A stretch of 16,740 nucleotides of DNA. Source: a virus. Shown here piece after piece: positions 11,697 through 16,740 of the stretch (the stretch's first letter is position 1; each line of letters begins with the position of its first letter). The notes below the pieces were generated by a model. That model was given only the letters and a program-made list of their open reading frames with translations. It searched no databases and was not told where the DNA came from. Where the stretch lies: IMG/VR virus record IMGVR_UViG_3300045988_050264, positions 1-16,740 of that record; one strand, 5' to 3'. The position numbers and the translations under genes were made by a program.

Positions 11697-13355
11697 ATGG
11701 CTACACCTAACACATGTGTAAAACTACTTGAGGGCGCACCATTTGACAAGAGTTTTGACCACACTGTGTACTTCAAAAATCGTGAGGACCAGTACAACGC
11801 TATGAGCACTTTTGTTAAACACACTTATACTGGTTTAACGTTTCAGCGAATTGAGCGCGGTTATATTGACGTGGAGAGTCGAATTTCTGCGCTTTATACG
11901 TCAAACTATGTGATGTTTACAAATAGCTGGAATCCAAACACGCCGTATATCACCAGATGGTTCTATGGTTTTGTTGACAGTGTGGCGTACGTAAACGAAA
12001 ACACTACCAGAATTAACTATACCATTGACCCGATTCAGACATGGTTTCTCGATTGCGATTTAGAACAATGCTTTGTTGAACGCGAACACCCACTTACTGA
12101 CAATGTTGGAGACAACACTGTTCCAGAAAACATTGGAACAGGTGACATGGAAGCCGGTTCCCTGGCAGTATGCCCACACTTTCATGAATGGGTCATTGTC
12201 GTAGCAAAAGCCGCTACACTTCGCGGAGACTTGTCTGAAAGTAAACTGTACGCAGGTAAATACTTCTCACAGGTTGAGTTTGAAACATACCCTCTAACAC
12301 AAGCCGGTGTTAATAGCGTCAAAGCACTGCTTGCTGGTTTGCAGATACTATCAAACCCAGACGTGATTATGGACATTTATCTGCTTCCGAAAGATTTCGT
12401 ACAGGATTCTGGTGGAGAAACCGATGATTACAAGACATTCAGTGTCACGTTTGAAAAGTCACAACAGTCAATCGGCGGTTACACCCCACGCAATAAAAAA
12501 CTGCTGACATACCCATATAATTACCTGTTAGGAAGCAACTTACAGGGAGCAGAAGTGGAATACCATTATGAGTATTTCAAGGGCACCGGATGTGATTTCA
12601 CTTTAACACCAGACATTGGGGTTAGTCCAACTGCTGTGTTAATGCCTGTTGGTTATAAGCAGAGGGCTTCGCTAAACTATACAACACCTGTAGATATGTT
12701 GTCAGTTACAAATTTTCCCAAATGCCCTTATGCTACAACAGATGGTGCGGCAAAATTTGTACAGTCCATGATGATGCTAAATATGGCCGCTATGGCCGCA
12801 GCTTCCGGCAATCCGCAAATGCTTACTGGTTTTATGGCCGCAGAAGCGCCAACTACAACTGGTCTTGCAACTACAACTGTTAGCAGTGGAGCGGCAAGAG
12901 CGGCGTACATTGGTGCAAACAAGAACGCACTTCCAACGGAGACACAGACAGCTAACCGCTTGCAAATGGGTTCAGATGCCCTATATGGGGCGCAACGTGC
13001 TATGGGCTACTTACAAAATCGCAAGGTTACTGTTGGTTCTCTAACCTCAAACGTTGCAATGTATTTACGTGACCTGTTTGGCTTTGTGTTTATGAACATG
13101 CACGTTCGCCCAGAATATGCACGTATCATTGACGATTATTTTGACCGCTTTGGCTACGCAACGTTAAGAAACAAGGTGCCGTATATCAGCACCAGACCAC
13201 ACTGGAACTACGTCAAAACTGCTGGATGTACTATCACCGGAAAAGCTCCTGGGGATGCTGTTAATCAAATTTGCAACATTTTTGACCACGGCATTACGTT
13301 CTGGAAAAACATAAATGAGGTGGGGCATTATGAACTTGACAACAGCCCACAATAG
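11697..13355 (+). CDS. Tail knob / distal tube protein, phi29 gp9-like (552 aa)
   Basis: N-terminal region (LEGAPFDKSFDHTVYF...QYNAM...YVMFTNS...RWFYGFV...YTIDPIQTWFLDCDLEQCFVEREH) parallels recalled phi29 gp9 (LADVPFSNDYKNTRWF...QYNWF...YIMFQNA...KWFYAFV...[24 protein letters not shown]). Confidence 0.9.
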   Translation: MATPNTCVKLLEGAPFDKSFDHTVYFKNREDQYNAMSTFVKHTYTGLTFQRIERGYIDVESRISALYTSNYVMFTNSWNPNTPYITRWFYGFVDSVAYVNENTTRINYTIDPIQTWFLDCDLEQCFVEREHPLTDNVGDNTVPENIGTGDMEAGSLAVCPHFHEWVIVVAKAATLRGDLSESKLYAGKYFSQVEFETYPLTQAGVNSVKALLAGLQILSNPDVIMDIYLLPKDFVQDSGGETDDYKTFSVTFEKSQQSIGGYTPRNKKLLTYPYNYLLGSNLQGAEVEYHYEYFKGTGCDFTLTPDIGVSPTAVLMPVGYKQRASLNYTTPVDMLSVTNFPKCPYATTDGAAKFVQSMMMLNMAAMAAASGNPQMLTGFMAAEAPTTTGLATTTVSSGAARAAYIGANKNALPTETQTANRLQMGSDALYGAQRAMGYLQNRKVTVGSLTSNVAMYLRDLFGFVFMNMHVRPEYARIIDDYFDRFGYATLRNKVPYISTRPHWNYVKTAGCTITGKAPGDAVNQICNIFDHGITFWKNINEVGHYELDNSPQ

Positions 13356-13368
13356 GAGGTGACAACCA

Positions 13369-14250
13369 ATGAGCAGACGGAATAAAATGTTCTGGGAAAG
13401 CGGTGTGCTGAATAACGCGACCTATTTGCAGTATTACCATAGACTGACGGAACTGGCAATATCCATGTTTGAGTGGAAGAATCTGCCTGACACAGTTGAC
13501 CCCAGGTATATGGAGTTAGGTTTGTTCGCACAGGGACAAATGGTGTTCTTTGAGGATGATGGCGGGCTTGGCTATCTGTGCTTGCACAATGCACAGGGTG
13601 GTAGCCTTGACGTGTACGGAATCCCCAACAACCGTCAGGCCTACGCTCCTAATGGGTACACCAAAAGACTGACAGCTAATGACAGCGTTCTAATTTTCAA
13701 CAACTATCTACACACAAACTCCATGCTTGACATTCAGATGTTTGCAAGACGGCTATACAATCTGGACCGAGCCATTGACGTGAACGCCAACGCGCAGAAA
13801 ACCCCTGTTCTCATTAACTGTGACGAGAGCCAGCGCCTGACCCTGCTGAATGTGTACAAGCAGTGGACAGGCAATGAACCAATTATTATGGGCACCAAGG
13901 ACCTGGGCAAGAGTCCGCTGAACGTGCTTAACACTGGCGCGCCGTTCGTGGCTGACAAGCTGTACACGCTCAAGACACAGCTATGGAATGAAGCGTTGAC
14001 TTATCTGGGCATAAGCAACATCAACATTCAGAAGAAGGAACGGCTTATCACCGATGAAGTAACCAGAAACCAGGGTGGCACGATTGCAAGCCGGTACAGC
14101 AGACTTGAAAGCCGCCGCGAAGCCTGCAAGAAAATCAACGCAATGTTTGGTCTTGATATCTGGTGCGATTACCGTGAGGATTTCCAGGCTATCAACCCGG
14201 AGAGTGACATGGGAGACGATACCATTGATTCCGAGGGGGTGGAGGAGTGA
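13369..14250 (+). CDS. Head-tail connector / portal (upper collar), phi29 gp10-like (293 aa)
   Basis: [17 protein letters not shown] and [35 protein letters not shown] match recalled phi29 gp10 ([52 protein letters not shown]). [10 protein letters not shown] matches KKERMVTDEV. Confidence 0.93.
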   Translation: [293 protein letters not shown]

Positions 14251-15092
14251 GCATCTACACAACCGAAGTTCGCTATATCTGTGAAGTAGCAGCCGGTTAT
14301 GACGTGAGCCAGGGATTCAGCAAGATTGACGAAATCCTTGACAAGGCTGTTCCGAAAATATTCGACTTTGAATGGCCTATCTTTGACGAGGAATACCGTG
14401 TTCCGCTTGAGAAGAAAATTCTACGGCATTTCTATACCCGCGAAATCGGGTGTGAGACGTATGGCCATTGGAAGCTGATGTTACAGAACAAACTGTGCGA
14501 AATTATGCCGTACTACAATCAGCTGTACAAGTCAGAACTTCTAATGGCTGGTGTGAACCCCCTAACTGACGTAGATTACACCAAGAGTGGCAATCGCACT
14601 GACCAAGGAGCTGATACCAGAATAACCAAACGCGATGGTACTGACAACACTGAAAGCACTGCAACAAGCAAGGACGTGAAAAAAGTAGAGACAAGCGGCA
14701 AAGACACCACCAGCGTATCCGGCAATCAGACGCACATCAAAAAGTATTCCGACACGCCGCAGGGAATCCTGACCGGTGTTGAGAATGGAACATACCTCAC
14801 AGAAGCAGAGTATAACACAGATAGTGACAACACCAACACAAACGTCACAACAACCGGAAAAGAGGACGTTACCGACCAGGTTGACAGCAGTGGGACTGTA
14901 AAAAACACCACAACCGGAAACGAAGATGTCAAAGGAACTACCAACAATACAGCAGAATATCTTGAGAAGGTCACAGGCAAAATGGGCGGTACGTCCTATG
15001 CGAAAATGCTAAGAGAACTGCGGGAAAGTTTTCTAAACATTGACCTGAGCATTCTCAAGGAACTTGGTACGCTGTTTATGAATATCTGGTGA
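14247..15092 (+). CDS. Putative lower collar protein, phi29 gp11-like (281 aa)
   Basis: GTG start in a GTGA overlap with the connector stop, with GGAGGA SD. Position and size match gp11 (~293 aa). Has a central T/N/D/K-rich segment. The call rests mainly on synteny. Confidence 0.65.
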   Translation: MSIYTTEVRYICEVAAGYDVSQGFSKIDEILDKAVPKIFDFEWPIFDEEYRVPLEKKILRHFYTREIGCETYGHWKLMLQNKLCEIMPYYNQLYKSELLMAGVNPLTDVDYTKSGNRTDQGADTRITKRDGTDNTESTATSKDVKKVETSGKDTTSVSGNQTHIKKYSDTPQGILTGVENGTYLTEAEYNTDSDNTNTNVTTTGKEDVTDQVDSSGTVKNTTTGNEDVKGTTNNTAEYLEKVTGKMGGTSYAKMLRELRESFLNIDLSILKELGTLFMNIW

Positions 15093-15105
15093 GGGAGGAT
15101 TTTAC

Positions 15106-16638
15106 ATGGCTGAATTTACACCGAGGGTGGTTAAAAGGACGGCTATCGGGTTCCATCCCACGGTCTTACCGACTGTGTATGACGATGCCCTTAGCTACTA
15201 TGAGGAACTGAACAAAATTCTTCATAGCCTGAATGACGCTATTGACGTTATTGACGAGAACCGGACGCTGATTTTGCAACTTGATGCCAACGTCAAGGAA
15301 CTGGACGCAAGACTGACGGCGCAGATTAAGCGGGTTGCAGACGACCTGGCCGCACTGCGAGAAGAATATGAAAACTTCCGCGACGAGGTTAATGCTAAGA
15401 TTGCCGCAATCGAAGTAAAAGACCGTGAACAGGACAACAGGCTGACGAGCATCGAATCCAAGAACAACCAGCAGGACGCCAGACTCACAGCAATCGAGAC
15501 GAAGAACACACAGCAGGATGATGAGATTAACGCGCTAAAGACCCGGTGCGCTACGCTGGAATCTAACCTGAGCAAGCTAACCACAAGAGTAACAACGCTT
15601 GAAAACAATCTCACCGCACTTACCACGAGGGTTAGCACTGCCGAAACGCACATTACAGAACTGCAAGGCGATGTCGAAAGAATCGACCATGAACAGACCG
15701 AGCAGAACAAGCGAATTAAAGACCTTGAAGATAGGCCGAGCGGAGGTGCTGGAAGCGTATATGGGCAGGTAGATGTGTACCAGCTCTGGGCAAATGACGG
15801 TTCGACCGGACAGCTGCATGGGTGCCACTTCATCAGGCATGTAGATTTGCAGAAAAACAAGTACAACATTCTTCTCAATACCGGCGGTGGTACAAGTGTT
15901 AAGGCGGCAGTTGCCGGACTGTTTGCACACCACGGATTTGTCGAACCTGGTAAGCCTGAAATTGACGAGCTTATCATCACCTCTTGGAGCCCCGAAGTGT
16001 GCAGTGCTTCCGCAATTCAAGAGCTTAAAACCACCTATACCATCAAGCACGCCTGGATTCCGTCAAGCATTAACTGGACAAACTACACAGGTGAAGACAA
16101 GGATGCTGTAAAGGCTGTAGAAGCTGGTGTGATTGCGGCACTCCATGAAGGAACAAATACCGAGTTTACGCGCATGGGTGCAGAGGGTGCGGCCATTGAT
16201 GTTGGTGCAATTACATTTAACTGCCTGTATGACCCGACAATTTATGGCAAAACTAACGCAAACATGCTGTGCAGAATTAAGTGTAGCTGTGACATGCTCA
16301 TTCCTGGAAATGGCGACCTCGGTAATGCCATTTTGCACAACGAAGCTATCGCAAGATGGATGCCGAACATTCTGGTCATCAGTGGGCCTGTGTATGCGTA
16401 TCCTGATGAAACGGTCCCTACTCAGAAACAGAGGTACAATCCGCGGTTCACGTTTGTTGAATACAACATGACGCAGGGAGCACCTGTCACCAGGTCTGTT
16501 GCATACGGAGGATTGCAGTGGGTTAACACCCCTGGAGCGCTTCCTGACCTTGGTGCGGCAAGCATGATTTCTCTCAGCGGAGACATGCCACGTATGACAC
16601 CCACTACGCTTACAAAATTTTTGCCGAGTTTGGCGTGA
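15106..16638 (+). CDS. Tail fibre / appendage (receptor-binding) protein (510 aa)
   Basis: SD GGGAGGA. The N-terminal YDDALSYYEELNKILHSLNDAI motif is typical of Firmicute phage fibre anchors (from memory). Long coiled coil with tandem repeats (RLTSIESKNNQQD / RLTAIETKNTQQD; LESNLSKLTTRVTT / LENNLTALTTRVST). Globular C-terminal domain. Last gene of the late operon, in the gp12 position. Confidence 0.8.
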   Translation: MAEFTPRVVKRTAIGFHPTVLPTVYDDALSYYEELNKILHSLNDAIDVIDENRTLILQLDANVKELDARLTAQIKRVADDLAALREEYENFRDEVNAKIAAIEVKDREQDNRLTSIESKNNQQDARLTAIETKNTQQDDEINALKTRCATLESNLSKLTTRVTTLENNLTALTTRVSTAETHITELQGDVERIDHEQTEQNKRIKDLEDRPSGGAGSVYGQVDVYQLWANDGSTGQLHGCHFIRHVDLQKNKYNILLNTGGGTSVKAAVAGLFAHHGFVEPGKPEIDELIITSWSPEVCSASAIQELKTTYTIKHAWIPSSINWTNYTGEDKDAVKAVEAGVIAALHEGTNTEFTRMGAEGAAIDVGAITFNCLYDPTIYGKTNANMLCRIKCSCDMLIPGNGDLGNAILHNEAIARWMPNILVISGPVYAYPDETVPTQKQRYNPRFTFVEYNMTQGAPVTRSVAYGGLQWVNTPGALPDLGAASMISLSGDMPRMTPTTLTKFLPSLA

Positions 16639-16655
16639 TAGCTTAAACTTAATAT

Positions 16656-16702
16656 GTGCCAGTGTTTGTATTATTTATTGTGCAAATGCTGGCACTTTTA
16701 TT
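16656..16702 (+). terminator. Intrinsic terminator of the late operon
   Basis: GTGCCAGTGTTTG / CAAATGCTGGCAC 13-bp stem (2 G.U pairs) with a 14-nt loop, followed by TTTTATT. Only 12 nt separate it from the right ITR. Confidence 0.8.
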
Positions 16703-16714
16703 GTTGTAAACTGG

Positions 16715-16740
16715 GTACCGGTTTTGAGAAACCTTAATTT
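16715..16740. repeat. Right inverted terminal repeat (26 bp)
   Basis: GTACCGGTTTTGAGAAACCTTAATTT is the exact reverse complement of nt 1-26. Confidence 0.95.

Noticed and set aside
15222-15980. 252-aa minus-strand ORF (and 15577-16050)
   Set aside because: It is antisense to the fibre coiled-coil repeats. Its low-complexity S/L-rich product is a by-product of the repeat codons.
1-16740. Prophage or integrative element interpretation
   Set aside because: No integrase, repressor, att-like direct repeats or flanking host genes were seen. The ITRs coincide exactly with the window ends, which fits a free linear virion genome.

Overview
The window is bounded by a perfect 26-bp inverted terminal repeat (1-26 vs 16715-16740). 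I read it as a complete ~16.7-kb linear genome of a small virulent phi29-like podophage. It encodes a protein-primed family-B DNA polymerase, a putative terminal protein, phi29 p5-like and p6-like DNA-binding proteins and a gp16-like packaging ATPase. It also carries a phi29-type morphogenesis module (scaffold, major capsid, tail knob, connector, lower collar, fibre/appendage), a BhlA-like holin and two peptidoglycan hydrolases. The four promoters fit TTGACA-17/18-TGnTATAAT and most genes have AGGAG-type SDs, which suggests a Firmicute-type host. GC looks mid-40s to ~50% by eye (not computed). No integrase, repressor, tRNA or CRISPR array was seen. Layout: left ITR, P1 (126-154), a 335-nt ORF-free structured RNA, then an array of small early genes. 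P2 (2528-2557) drives the replication operon (p6-like, SSB-like, terminator/attenuator, TP, DNAP, orf95), ending at a bidirectional terminator (6672-6705). The packaging ATPase lies on the minus strand. Back-to-back promoters (7887-7930) precede the lysis and structural operon, its terminator and the right ITR. The most unusual feature is a five-copy (plus two degenerate) intergenic module in the early region. Each copy is a short hairpin whose sequence varies but whose pairing is kept by compensatory changes, fused to an almost invariant ~35-nt leader ending in the SD of the next gene. Other points: a candidate pRNA-like structured RNA, two p6-like paralogues, a hidden 30-codon membrane peptide, and an MCP ORF in frame with the next ORF across a single TAA. 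The fibre C-terminal domain looks like a metallo-beta-lactamase fold with its metal-binding motif lost. All homology statements rest on my memory of phi29 protein sequences and motifs. No database search was possible.
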